A DNA stretch of 35,207 nucleotides from NCBI GenBank assembly GCA_964631405.1, contig CAZVYB010000003.1:1-35207 (forward strand), in the 5' to 3' direction. Source of the DNA: an uncultured Lachnospiraceae bacterium (GTDB lineage: Bacteria; Bacillota; Clostridia; Christensenellales; UBA1242). Below the pieces are notes generated by a model. It made no database searches, was not told where the DNA came from, and was given only the letters and a program-made list of their open reading frames with translations. The stretch's first letter is position 1; each line of letters starts with the position of its first letter. Shown piece by piece: positions 1-8,615 of the stretch. Position numbers and translations under genes: made by a program.

Positions 1-2
1 GC

Positions 3-455
3 GGGAAGCCTGTCATTATCATAAATCCCAAGGGTATTGATTATAAGGCGATGAGAAAACTCAGCCTTTCCACTGACGACATATTTTCGGCTCTAAGAGA
101 ACAGGGATATTTTAATATCAATCAAGTTCAATATGCCATAATGGAAACAAACGGCAAGGTTTCAGTCATGCCAAAGCCAGAGTTTGCCCCCGCCTCAAAT
201 GGCGATTTAAAGTTAAAACCAGCCGAGCAGTTTTTGCCAATCGTGCTTGTCAGCGAGGGAAAGATAATCAAAGACAATATCGCTCTTGCAATGTATAAAG
301 AAGAAGATGTAAAGAAGTTGATAGAGAAAGAGGGCAAAAACAAAAGCCTAAAAGATGTTTTGCTTCTCACCATAGACCAACAAGGAGAGGGATACATACA
401 ATTTTTTGGCGAAGAGGGAAACACATTCAAAGATAAAAAGGCGGGTAAAAAATGA
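3..455 (+). CDS. DUF421 (YetF-like) family membrane protein, C-terminal part; 5' end lies outside the window
   Basis: The frame stays open from base 3 (GKPVIIINPKGIDYKAMRKL...) into the listed ORF 51..455. The C-terminal region (FSALREQGYFNINQVQYAIMETNGKVSVMPK) matches my recollection of the YetF C-terminal domain. A DUF4363 gene follows with a 4-nt ATGA overlap, which is the usual pairing in Clostridia. Confidence 0.65.
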   Translation, partial: GKPVIIINPKGIDYKAMRKLSLSTDDIFSALREQGYFNINQVQYAIMETNGKVSVMPKPEFAPASNGDLKLKPAEQFLPIVLVSEGKIIKDNIALAMYKEEDVKKLIEKEGKNKSLKDVLLLTIDQQGEGYIQFFGEEGNTFKDKKAGKK

Positions 456-847
456 AGGGTTTTCATGTTTTTAATTTTATTTTAATCGCCCTTGTGCTGG
501 TTGCGATATGTGTTGTAGAGGAGGTGCTGGTGTCGCAGTCACTTGCCGATATACAAAATCGCTGTTTAGAAATAGAGAATATGGTGGAGGAAGAGGGCAA
601 TATCCAAAACACCCGCATCGTCCTCGCACTGGATAATTTGCAATATAGATGGGGAGAGGAAGAATCAAAACTATGTTATCTAGTGCATCATAAAAGCGTT
701 CAGGAAATCGGACAGGAAATCATCAAAGCAAGACAATACATAGCCCAAGACGAGGTTCAAGAATTTGAGGTGTCAATTGCACTGATAAAATTTTATTGCC
801 ATAGTTACCTGCATTTTATGGGTGCAAGCGTGCATAATATTTTGTAA
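452..847 (+). CDS. DUF4363 family protein (N-terminal TM helix)
   Basis: 131-aa ORF with an N-terminal hydrophobic helix (FNFILIALVLVAICVV) and a helical body containing a W-x-x-x-E-S-K-L type motif. Translationally coupled to the DUF421 gene. Confidence 0.55.
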   Translation: MKGFHVFNFILIALVLVAICVVEEVLVSQSLADIQNRCLEIENMVEEEGNIQNTRIVLALDNLQYRWGEEESKLCYLVHHKSVQEIGQEIIKARQYIAQDEVQEFEVSIALIKFYCHSYLHFMGASVHNIL

Positions 848-860
848 TAAAAAGAATAAA

Positions 861-898
861 AAAAGATATGAAAGTTCAAAAAATCATATCTTTTTTGT
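861..898. terminator. Bidirectional Rho-independent terminator between convergent genes
   Basis: Perfect 9-bp stem AAGATATGA (863-871) / TCATATCTT (884-892). An A-run lies upstream and a T-run (891-896) downstream. Confidence 0.7.
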
Positions 899-903
899 TG
901 TTT

Positions 904-2028
904 TTAATAAATTTTATCCTTTTTTGCCCTTCTTATGCCAAATACAATTGCAAGCACAATTGCAAGAACAGAAACAGCCGACAAGATCCAAATGATAATT
1001 TCATAACTTATTTGACTTCCGGTGTTGATTTTTACAACTTTACTCACCAAAGGTTGGTCGGTTGAATTGTGATAGTTATATTCACACCAAATTTCCCAAG
1101 CACCAGTTGTTCCTCTGTCGTCAAAGCGGAAGGAAAGTCCATTTCTGGCATCGTTTGAATAGTCTGGGTAGAGAGGCGTAAAAAGTTTATCTTTAAATTG
1201 GTCAAGATTGAGGTCTGCTGAAGTGAGGATATACATTGTGCCGTCTTCGCCCTTTCCAGTTACATACCAAACGAGTTTTGAAGAGTCGATATAGCGATAT
1301 TCGTCAAGATTTGTTACTGAGAAGATATAGTCGTTGTGAAGGGAAGAGTTACTGCTGGTTGGGTAGAAGGAAAGTTCTGGGATTTTTTTGATTTTTGTTG
1401 TAGGCTCAATGATAAAGAAATCGCTATAAGTTTCTTCGTCGTTGACAAGAAGTTTAAATCTATAAATTCCCCATTGACGCACGCGGATAGTTTCCTCGTC
1501 AACGAATGCAGTTCTGCCGTCATCAATGTTGAATTGGAAGGTTTGAGGCAGATTTGCAAGAAGGGTATAACTGTCTATGCCAGAAACACTTGTGGTAAAA
1601 GCCTTTTCAATGATTTTTACATCATTTGAGTAGAACACAGAAACATCTTTGTATGCCTGCAAATATTCAATGGAGATTGAAAGGTCATAATATTCGCTTG
1701 TAGGGTCTGTGTCGTCCTTATATTTTTTCTTTGGGGCGTCGCCAATGGTTGGGTCATAATTGAATGTGATTTTGTTTGTGTCTGCCCATTGATAGATAAA
1801 ACATCTTCCAAAAGGTAGGGTGGTTGTTGCAAAAGAGGTGCTTTCTTCCCCAGTGGCACGGTCATACAAAGATATTGTAAAATTTTTGTTTGTTTGAGAT
1901 GCAATAGAGGTTGATTCTGCACTTGCACGGCTCCCACCAAACGAAAAACCTGACAGGGTAATCAAAACGGCAAAAATGCAGGTAAGAAATCCTAAAATCA
2001 GTTTGTTGTTTTTAAGCAATTTTGTCAT
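904..2028 (-). CDS. Hypothetical secreted, C-terminally membrane-anchored (type I) surface protein, 374 aa
   Basis: I chose the internal ATG at 2028 (MTKLLKNNKLILGFLTCIFAVLITLSG...) because AAGGAG lies 6 nt upstream on the minus strand. N-terminal signal-like helix. C-terminal TM helix plus basic tail (IIIWILSAVSVLAIVLAIVFGIRRAKKDKIY). I do not recognise a family. Confidence 0.6.
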   Translation of the reverse strand: MTKLLKNNKLILGFLTCIFAVLITLSGFSFGGSRASAESTSIASQTNKNFTISLYDRATGEESTSFATTTLPFGRCFIYQWADTNKITFNYDPTIGDAPKKKYKDDTDPTSEYYDLSISIEYLQAYKDVSVFYSNDVKIIEKAFTTSVSGIDSYTLLANLPQTFQFNIDDGRTAFVDEETIRVRQWGIYRFKLLVNDEETYSDFFIIEPTTKIKKIPELSFYPTSSNSSLHNDYIFSVTNLDEYRYIDSSKLVWYVTGKGEDGTMYILTSADLNLDQFKDKLFTPLYPDYSNDARNGLSFRFDDRGTTGAWEIWCEYNYHNSTDQPLVSKVVKINTGSQISYEIIIWILSAVSVLAIVLAIVFGIRRAKKDKIY

Positions 2029-2151
2029 AATTTGCTCCTTTATAATTTGTATAATAGCATAAATAAAAAAAATAAGAAAATGATTTTTGGTTTTTTTTGA
2101 TATTTTTTTAATTTGTATCAATTTTTTTACATTATCTTTCCAAAATTACGG

Positions 2152-2180
2152 TTGACAAAAAAGAGGACAAATTATATACT
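2152..2180 (+). promoter_or_regulatory. Sigma-A-type promoter positioned for a leaderless transcript of the GlmU-like gene
   Basis: TTGACA (2152-2157), 17-nt spacer, TATACT (2175-2180). The ATG at 2187 starts 7 nt after the last -10 base. No SD lies between the -10 and the ATG. Confidence 0.5.
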
Positions 2181-2186
2181 TTGAAT

Positions 2187-3056
2187 ATGGAAACAAAGGA
2201 ATTAGAATTTGAAATTGCAAAAGGGCAAATGTCTTTTGCACTTGACGAAATGAATTTTGACCAGTCACTTGAAGATGGAGTTTCAATCCAGACAGAAAAA
2301 TTGCTTAAATCGCAAAATCACGAGTGGATAAAAGAAGAAACGCTTTTTGTTGTGGTGCGGGCACAAGATAAAAAACTTTCAAATGACCTGCCATCTCTCA
2401 AACTTTGCGGAAAGAAGATGATAGAGTGGGTTCGCCTTGCAGGCGTAGATTGCGAGCAGGTGGTGATTGACGATGAAGAGGATATTTTTGAAAGGATAAG
2501 CCAAATCCAAACAGAAAAACAGTATATTGCAATTTTTTATAGCGATACACCACTTTTAAGCCGTGGACTTTTCTATAAAATTATGAGCAATTTTAGTGCT
2601 AAAAATGTAAATTATCTCAGGCTTAGCCGTGGATTTATTGTGAAGAGAGAATTTTTGCTCTCCCGCCCATATTTTATGCAAAGTGCAGTTGTTGGCTTTG
2701 ACAGCGAAGGACTTGTGCGTGCAGATAACGCAAAAGCAATCTCTCAAATGCAAAAAATTTTAAATGAAAGAATTTTGGCATTCCATGAGGCAAACGGGGT
2801 GATTATTTATGGGAAAAACACAGTTTTCATTGATGCCGATGTTGAAATTGAGGCGGGGGTGATAATTGAGCCAAACAACATCATTCAAGGAGAAACGGTC
2901 GTGTCTGGTGGTACGATTTTGGCAAGCGGGAATATCATAAAAAACAGCATAATTTCACATAATTGCACCATTTCTGCATCATATATCGAAAAAAGCAAGA
3001 TAAGCCAAGGCAAAGAAATCAAACCTTTCAGCAAAATCATTGAAGAGGAAATATAA
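2187..3056 (+). CDS. GlmU-derived protein (degenerate nucleotidyltransferase domain plus truncated left-handed beta-helix); probable non-catalytic paralogue
   Basis: Aligns by eye to Bacillus GlmU. YSDTPLLS matches CGDTPLL. ADNAKAISQMQKILNERILAFHEANGVIIYGKNTVFIDADVEIEAGVIIEP matches [51 protein letters not shown]. Hexapeptide repeats are present at the C-terminus. It occupies the conserved glmU-(prs)-pth-mfd position. The G-x-G-T-R-M motif is replaced by RAQDKKL, and the protein ends after a few LbH turns. The start could instead be the TTG at 2181. Confidence 0.6.
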   Translation: METKELEFEIAKGQMSFALDEMNFDQSLEDGVSIQTEKLLKSQNHEWIKEETLFVVVRAQDKKLSNDLPSLKLCGKKMIEWVRLAGVDCEQVVIDDEEDIFERISQIQTEKQYIAIFYSDTPLLSRGLFYKIMSNFSAKNVNYLRLSRGFIVKREFLLSRPYFMQSAVVGFDSEGLVRADNAKAISQMQKILNERILAFHEANGVIIYGKNTVFIDADVEIEAGVIIEPNNIIQGETVVSGGTILASGNIIKNSIISHNCTISASYIEKSKISQGKEIKPFSKIIEEEI

Positions 3057-3583
3057 TGTTTATAATCGTTGGACTTGGGAATAAGGGATTTGAATATAAA
3101 AATACCTATCATAATATAGGTTTTTTTGTGGCTGACGCCCTTGCTGAAAAAATAGGGGTTGAATTTAAGAAAGAAAAATATAAAGCAATGCTTGCCGAAG
3201 GGACAATTTGTGGTCAAAAGGTGATAATCGCAAAACCAACAACCTATATGAATAACAGCGGAGAAGCCGTTGTGCTTTTGAAAAACAAATACAAAGACGC
3301 AAAAATAATTGTCGCCGTTGACGATATAGACCTTGCAAAAGGAAGGGTTCGATACCGTGAAAGGGGCAGTGCGGGCACGCATAACGGACTGCGTTCCATT
3401 GTGTCGTATATAGGTGAGGAGTTTGAACGGGTAAAGGTTGGCATTGACCGAGATAAAAACAAAGACCTTGCCGATTTTGTGCTTTCAGTCATCGACCCAG
3501 AAAGTAGAAAGTTGATTGATGGGGCGGTTGACGAGGCGGTAAAAATGATTTTGGATAGAGTTGGCAAAGAGGGAAAATGCTAA
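3056..3583 (+). CDS. pth: Peptidyl-tRNA hydrolase
   Basis: MFIIVGLGNKGFEYKNTYHNIGFFVAD..., YMNNSGEAV and GSAGTHNGLRSI are classic Pth motifs. TAATG overlap with the upstream gene. Confidence 0.95.
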   Translation: MFIIVGLGNKGFEYKNTYHNIGFFVADALAEKIGVEFKKEKYKAMLAEGTICGQKVIIAKPTTYMNNSGEAVVLLKNKYKDAKIIVAVDDIDLAKGRVRYRERGSAGTHNGLRSIVSYIGEEFERVKVGIDRDKNKDLADFVLSVIDPESRKLIDGAVDEAVKMILDRVGKEGKC

Positions 3584-6500
3584 GCGAATATCTTAAAAAC
3601 TTAAAAAACAATAGGATTGTATCTGGCGTACAAGACGGCGAAAAACTTATTTTTGCAAGCGACTTTCAACGCCTGATTTTTTTGTCGAACAATTTTGCAT
3701 CTGCGGGGAAACTAAAACGGGGATTGCAGGCACTGGGCAAGCGTGCGGAAATAATTTCGGTTTCAAGAGAAAATGACGACGAAAACGACAAAAACCTTTT
3801 GCCGTTTATTGAAAATGTCAATAAATATTTAAGCGGTTCTCTTGACGCATTGATATTTCTGCCATGCTCGGCAATCATCAAGTTTGACCTAGAAAAAATC
3901 CAACCATTTTCAATCAAAATAGGCGATTGCTATGATTTGGCAAACTTGACAAAAACCCTCGCCAATATGGGTTATGAAAGATATCCTCTTGCACAAGAGA
4001 GGGGACAATTTGCCCTTCGTGGGGATATTCTTGATATTTACACAACCACATATGAACACCCGATAAGAATTGAATTTTTTGGCGACGAAGTGGAAAATAT
4101 CGGCACTTTTGATGAAAATACAATGAAAAATATTGAAAAAATCATAAAAGTAGATGTTTTTTACGCAAAATTGCCTTTTGGAAAACAAAGTTGCTTTGAC
4201 CTTGAAGGTACAAAAATGCTTGATGAGCCAAAGAAGATTGAAGAAGAAATCGACCTTATTTTCAAAAGCCGTCTTGCCACATCGACCTTTGATGAAACCC
4301 TTTATGAACACTTTGATAACTTGCTTTCAAAAGCCGACTATGTGTTTGACAATTTCAGGATATATAATGAGGGGTATAATAATCAAACAATAGCAACAAG
4401 AAGTTATTTGACCGACTTTTTGGCACTTAAAAAAGATATTAACGATTTTAAAAATCTTGGGCAGTCAATTTTGCTCTTTACGGGAGAGGAACGCTTTAAG
4501 AAAAGCCTCGCAGATTTTTTGACACAAAATGATATCCCATATTTTGATTTTGATGCACTTGAAGGCGAAATGGAAAGAAAAAATGTATATATTTCTTCAC
4601 TCCCTTTCCCATATTCATTTTCATTTTTGAGAGAACGAATTGTGGGCATTGGTGCGGATAGTTTGTTCCGTTCCAAAAATCCCGCCTTTTCAAAAAATAA
4701 ACACTCGGTTTTCTATCTTCCAAAACTTGGAGAATATGTTGTTCATACCTTTCATGGCATAGGCAAATGCACCCAAATTGAAAGACTAAAAATCAGCGAT
4801 GTTGAAAAGGACTATTTTGTCATTGAGTATAAAAATGGCGACAAACTTTATCTTCCAAGCGAAGAAGCAAACACCATTTCAGCATATGTGGGAAGTGAAG
4901 AAGCCCCAAAACTTTCCTCACTTGGCGGTGCTGAATTTGCCCGCCTAAAAGATAGGGTAAAGGCAAGCATAAAACAGATGGCGATTTCACTTATAGAAAT
5001 ATATAAGGAACGCCAAAAGGTGAAAGGCTTTAAATTTATTCGTGATGAAGAACTTGAAAAACGCTTCGCCGATGCCTTTGGCTATGCAGAAACACCAGAC
5101 CAACTTAAAGCCATATATGATATAGATAAGGATATGGAAAGCGACAAGGTTATGGAAAGACTTGTGTGCGGAGATGTGGGCTTTGGCAAAACAGAGGTGG
5201 CACTGCGTGCAATTTTCAAGGCGGTGTATAACGGCAAACAGGTGGCGTTCTTATGCCCGACAACCATCTTGTCTCAACAACATGAATTTACAGCAAAGGC
5301 ACGCCTTGAAGAATTTGGCGTAAAGGTTGAGGTGCTAAACCGCTTTAAAACCCCGGCACAGGTAAAAAACATACTTTCCCGCCTCAAAGAGGGCAGAATA
5401 GATGTGCTTATAGGCACGCATAGACTGCTTAGCGAGCAGGTAGAGTTCAAAGACCTAGGACTTCTCGTGCTTGACGAAGAACAACGCTTTGGGGTTGAAC
5501 ATAAGGAAAAATTGAAGGATAAATTCCGCAATATAGATGTGCTGACCCTTTCTGCGACGCCAATTCCGAGGACGCTGAATATGTCGCTTTCTGGGATAAG
5601 AGATATATCAATCATAGAAACACCGCCACGAGATAGACTGCCAATTCAAACATATGTGGCAGAGGAAAATGACGCACTGATAAAAGATGTGCTTTCCCGA
5701 GAACTTGCCCGAGGCGGACAGGCATTTGTGGTGTATAATAGGGTTGAAACGATAGACGATTTTGCCAGCCATATCCGTCAACTCATGCCAAACGCCAGCG
5801 TAGGCGTAGCACATGGACAAATGAGTGAACGGGCACTTGAAGGGGTGATTGAGCGACTATATAGCGGATTGTACAATATCCTTATCGCCACCACACTGAT
5901 TGAAAACGGCATCAATTTGCCAGAAGCAAACACAATGGTTGTGATTGAGGCGGACAGACTTGGATTAAGCCAACTATACCAACTGCGTGGACGAATTGGC
6001 AGGGGAAATAGACTAAGTTACGCATACCTGACATATGTGAAAGACAAACAAATCACCGAGGACGCATATAAACGCCTTGAAGCAATCAAGGAGTTCAGCC
6101 AATTGGGAAGCGGATTTAAGATTGCCATGCGAGACCTTGAACTTCGTGGAGCGGGCAATATTTTTGGAAAGGAGCAACATGGTCACATTGCCAAAGTGGG
6201 CTATGATATGTTTGTCAAACTGCTTGACGAAGAGGTGAAAGAACTTCGTGGAGAGAAGGTTAAACAGAAAAGCGATGTCAAACTTGAAATCAACCTTTCT
6301 GCATTTATCAGCGAAGATTATATCAGCGAGAGCGACGGAAGAATTGTTCAATATACCCGCATAAGCGAAATTTCCTCTCACGAGGAACTTGAAAGCCTGC
6401 TTGCCAGCATGACAGACGGATATGGAGAGGTTCCACAAGAGGTGATAAATCTGTGCAAATTTGCATATTTAAGAAACCTTGCAGGAGAATTTGGCGTCAA

Positions 6501-6714
6501 AAGAATTGTGATAAATAAACTTGAAAATATAATAATCTTACAAAAACAGGACAACATCATTGACCCACGCCTCGCCACCACTTTGCCAGCCTTTGGGGGT
6601 AAAATCGCATTTGATAGCATGGTGAAAATCAAGTTTGAAAACACCCTTTCTGTTGCGCAAAAACTTGATAAAATGCTTGAATTTTTCGAGCAGGCGGGCA
6701 GAGAAAGGGAATAA
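3577..6714 (+). CDS. mfd: Transcription-repair coupling factor Mfd
   Basis: CarD/RID-like region (VVHTFHGIGKC...YFVIEYKNGDKLYLP). Superfamily-2 helicase motifs (GDVGFGKTEVALRA, LLVLDEEQRFG, LTLSATPIPRTL, QLRGRIGRG). Overlaps the pth stop by 7 nt. Confidence 0.95.
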   Translation: MLSEYLKNLKNNRIVSGVQDGEKLIFASDFQRLIFLSNNFASAGKLKRGLQALGKRAEIISVSRENDDENDKNLLPFIENVNKYLSGSLDALIFLPCSAIIKFDLEKIQPFSIKIGDCYDLANLTKTLANMGYERYPLAQERGQFALRGDILDIYTTTYEHPIRIEFFGDEVENIGTFDENTMKNIEKIIKVDVFYAKLPFGKQSCFDLEGTKMLDEPKKIEEEIDLIFKSRLATSTFDETLYEHFDNLLSKADYVFDNFRIYNEGYNNQTIATRSYLTDFLALKKDINDFKNLGQSILLFTGEERFKKSLADFLTQNDIPYFDFDALEGEMERKNVYISSLPFPYSFSFLRERIVGIGADSLFRSKNPAFSKNKHSVFYLPKLGEYVVHTFHGIGKCTQIERLKISDVEKDYFVIEYKNGDKLYLPSEEANTISAYVGSEEAPKLSSLGGAEFARLKDRVKASIKQMAISLIEIYKERQKVKGFKFIRDEELEKRFADAFGYAETPDQLKAIYDIDKDMESDKVMERLVCGDVGFGKTEVALRAIFKAVYNGKQVAFLCPTTILSQQHEFTAKARLEEFGVKVEVLNRFKTPAQVKNILSRLKEGRIDVLIGTHRLLSEQVEFKDLGLLVLDEEQRFGVEHKEKLKDKFRNIDVLTLSATPIPRTLNMSLSGIRDISIIETPPRDRLPIQTYVAEENDALIKDVLSRELARGGQAFVVYNRVETIDDFASHIRQLMPNASVGVAHGQMSERALEGVIERLYSGLYNILIATTLIENGINLPEANTMVVIEADRLGLSQLYQLRGRIGRGNRLSYAYLTYVKDKQITEDAYKRLEAIKEFSQLGSGFKIAMRDLELRGAGNIFGKEQHGHIAKVGYDMFVKLLDEEVKELRGEKVKQKSDVKLEINLSAFISEDYISESDGRIVQYTRISEISSHEELESLLASMTDGYGEVPQEVINLCKFAYLRNLAGEFGVKRIVINKLENIIILQKQDNIIDPRLATTLPAFGGKIAFDSMVKIKFENTLSVAQKLDKMLEFFEQAGRERE

Positions 6715-6749
6715 AATTAACAAAATTTGCCAAAGTGGCTAAAAACGCT

Positions 6750-6778
6750 TTGAAATTTTCGTTTATGTGTGCTATTAT
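6750..6778 (+). promoter_or_regulatory. Sigma-A-type promoter with extended -10
   Basis: TTGAAA (6750-6755), 17-nt spacer ending in TGc, TATTAT (6773-6778). Located about 35 nt upstream of the lipoprotein start. Confidence 0.5.
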
Positions 6779-6813
6779 ATGTCTATAATTTGAAATGGGG
6801 AACTAAGATAACA

Positions 6814-8547
6814 ATGAAAAAGAAACTTACTGGATTTTTAATGTGTTTCGTTATGCTCTGTATGACACTGTTTGCAGGGTGTTCTTTGATAGAAACCGAC
6901 GGGGATAGATACTATAACGCGGTGATAAGTGAAATTCGCAATAAAGATGGCGTTAAGGTGGCGGAAGTTACAAATAAGGAACTTATCTCTGGCTATCAAA
7001 ATTACGGTCAAGCATATGTTCAATACTACGGCATGACACAAAAAGAGGCAGTCGAGGAAACGCTCAGACTTCTTGAAAACAGAAAACTTGTTGTTTATAC
7101 CGCAGAACAGATGTTCACACTCTCAGCCCTAGAAAAGACATATCTTTGGGAGGCGACAGCAAGTTCACTTGAAGAAAATTTGCAATCATATTATGACGAG
7201 ATTGTTGATGCGGAGGAGGAAACTTCTACCACAAACAATGATGTCACATTTGAAGGCTATGAGAAAAACGCAACTCTTGAAATTGTTGATGGCAAATATG
7301 TAATCAAAAAAATAGATAAACATGACGGATTGCTTGAAAATTATACACCATCTGTAAGCAGTAAGGACGCTACAAAGGAAGAAGATAAACAACTTATGTA
7401 TCAAAACTTCCTTGATGGACTTTATACAGAAGATTATCAAAAGGCATTCAATCAATACCTTAAAAGCCTAAAAATGGCAGAACAGGGACAAAAACTTTCA
7501 ACCGACACATACTCAATATTCATGAGAGAAATCGACCGCCTTTATAAGATAAACTATGAAAACTTGATGGTTGAAAAATATACCCAATCTCACAAAGGTG
7601 ACGCAACACAAACAGATGTGACCGCAAAAAATATCCTTGACCTTTACGCAAGCCGTGTGCGTGCTTCATATACAAAATATGTGTTTGAAAATGACTCTGA
7701 TTATGACAGCGATGTTCAGGATAGCATAAACGATGTTTATTATATTAGGACAGATGCCGATGCAAACAAATATTTCACAGTTGCAAACATTTTGTTCCAA
7801 TTCACTGATGAACAACAGGCAAAATACAGTTCATATACAACAAAATATAAAAATCAAGACGGAAACAGTTATTCTTACACACAATACCAATTAGACATAA
7901 ACGCACTTTATGCTCAAATCCAACCAGTTGTACGCCAGTATAACAGCGTGACGGGTGTGTATGAAGAGGTTGATTGCGAGAACATCACTGTTGACGAAAT
8001 AATTTATGACAAAATTCAAATCGCACTTCTTTCAGCACAAGCAACAGAAAATGTCAATTTTATCGGCGAAACAATCAATGATTATATCTATCAATATAAC
8101 CAAGACCCGGGAATGCTTAATGCAGACGCAAACTATGTGATTGGTGTTGATGAAAATGGAAAAGCGGTTTCAGATTTTGTAGAGTCATTCGATGATGCTG
8201 GGCTTTCTCTATACAATAATGGTAATGGCAAGTTTGGTGATATGACGGTTGCACGAAGCGAATTTGGTATTCATGTGCTTGTTTATACAGGCGAGTGCCA
8301 AAACCTTTTCGACAATGTTGGATATGATTTTGAACTTAGCGACAGCGTTGAGAGCGGAGCAATTGAAAAACTTTATACAACAAGAATAAATCCACTTGTT
8401 GATAAAACATACTTTGACGCACTTTATGACGAAATCTATGAGGATAAATATTCATATTTTGAAACTCAAAATCTCAATTTGCTTAAACAAGATTATACAA
8501 TCACTGTTTATAGCGGAAGAATACCAAGTGCATTGCTTGAAGGTTAG
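6814..8547 (+). CDS. Lipoprotein, PrsA/SurA-like with a divergent parvulin-like C-terminal region
   Basis: Start chosen at MKKKLTGFLMCFVMLCMTLFAGC, which carries a lipobox (LFAGC). The C-terminal segment FVESFDDAGLSL...SEFGIHVLVYTG resembles the end of a PpiC/parvulin domain. A foldase-type lipoprotein downstream of mfd is common in Clostridia. Confidence 0.45.
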   Translation: MKKKLTGFLMCFVMLCMTLFAGCSLIETDGDRYYNAVISEIRNKDGVKVAEVTNKELISGYQNYGQAYVQYYGMTQKEAVEETLRLLENRKLVVYTAEQMFTLSALEKTYLWEATASSLEENLQSYYDEIVDAEEETSTTNNDVTFEGYEKNATLEIVDGKYVIKKIDKHDGLLENYTPSVSSKDATKEEDKQLMYQNFLDGLYTEDYQKAFNQYLKSLKMAEQGQKLSTDTYSIFMREIDRLYKINYENLMVEKYTQSHKGDATQTDVTAKNILDLYASRVRASYTKYVFENDSDYDSDVQDSINDVYYIRTDADANKYFTVANILFQFTDEQQAKYSSYTTKYKNQDGNSYSYTQYQLDINALYAQIQPVVRQYNSVTGVYEEVDCENITVDEIIYDKIQIALLSAQATENVNFIGETINDYIYQYNQDPGMLNADANYVIGVDENGKAVSDFVESFDDAGLSLYNNGNGKFGDMTVARSEFGIHVLVYTGECQNLFDNVGYDFELSDSVESGAIEKLYTTRINPLVDKTYFDALYDEIYEDKYSYFETQNLNLLKQDYTITVYSGRIPSALLEG

Positions 8548-8560
8548 TCAAAAATAAAAA

Positions 8561-8601
8561 AAAATAGATGCCCTAGTCGCTTGACAGAGCATCTTTTTTT
8601 T
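8561..8601 (+). terminator. Rho-independent terminator overlapping the next promoter
   Basis: Stem AGATGC (8566-8571) / GCATCT (8589-8594) with a 17-nt loop, followed by 7 T (8595-8601). An A-run upstream can extend the stem. Confidence 0.5.
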
Positions 8602-8609
8602 GATACTAT
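8581..8609 (+). promoter_or_regulatory. Sigma-A-type promoter positioned for a leaderless transcript
   Basis: TTGACA (8581-8586), 17-nt spacer, TACTAT (8604-8609). The ATG at 8616 starts 7 nt after the last -10 base. No SD. Confidence 0.5.
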
Positions 8610-8615
8610 AAATGT

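Noticed and set aside
868-1065. 65-aa + strand ORF after the DUF4363 gene
   Set aside because: It starts inside the bidirectional terminator stem. It runs antisense to the 3' end of the well-supported minus-strand gene 904..2028, has no SD, and is low-complexity.
3577-6714. Mfd is about 100 aa shorter than the typical 1,150-1,180 aa
   Set aside because: The UvrB-homology-like N-terminus, RID, translocase motifs and C-terminal domain are all recognisable. The shortening looks like general protein compaction seen across this window, not a specific domain loss I can demonstrate by eye.
6769-6813. Longer N-termini offered by the ORF track for several genes (6769, 9982, 10643, 12156, 2121 minus)
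   Set aside because: These extensions use non-ATG starts or overlap the preceding gene, promoter or terminator. Internal ATGs at 6814, 10057, 10679, 12168 and 2028 have SDs and give sensible signal peptides or family-typical N-termini.
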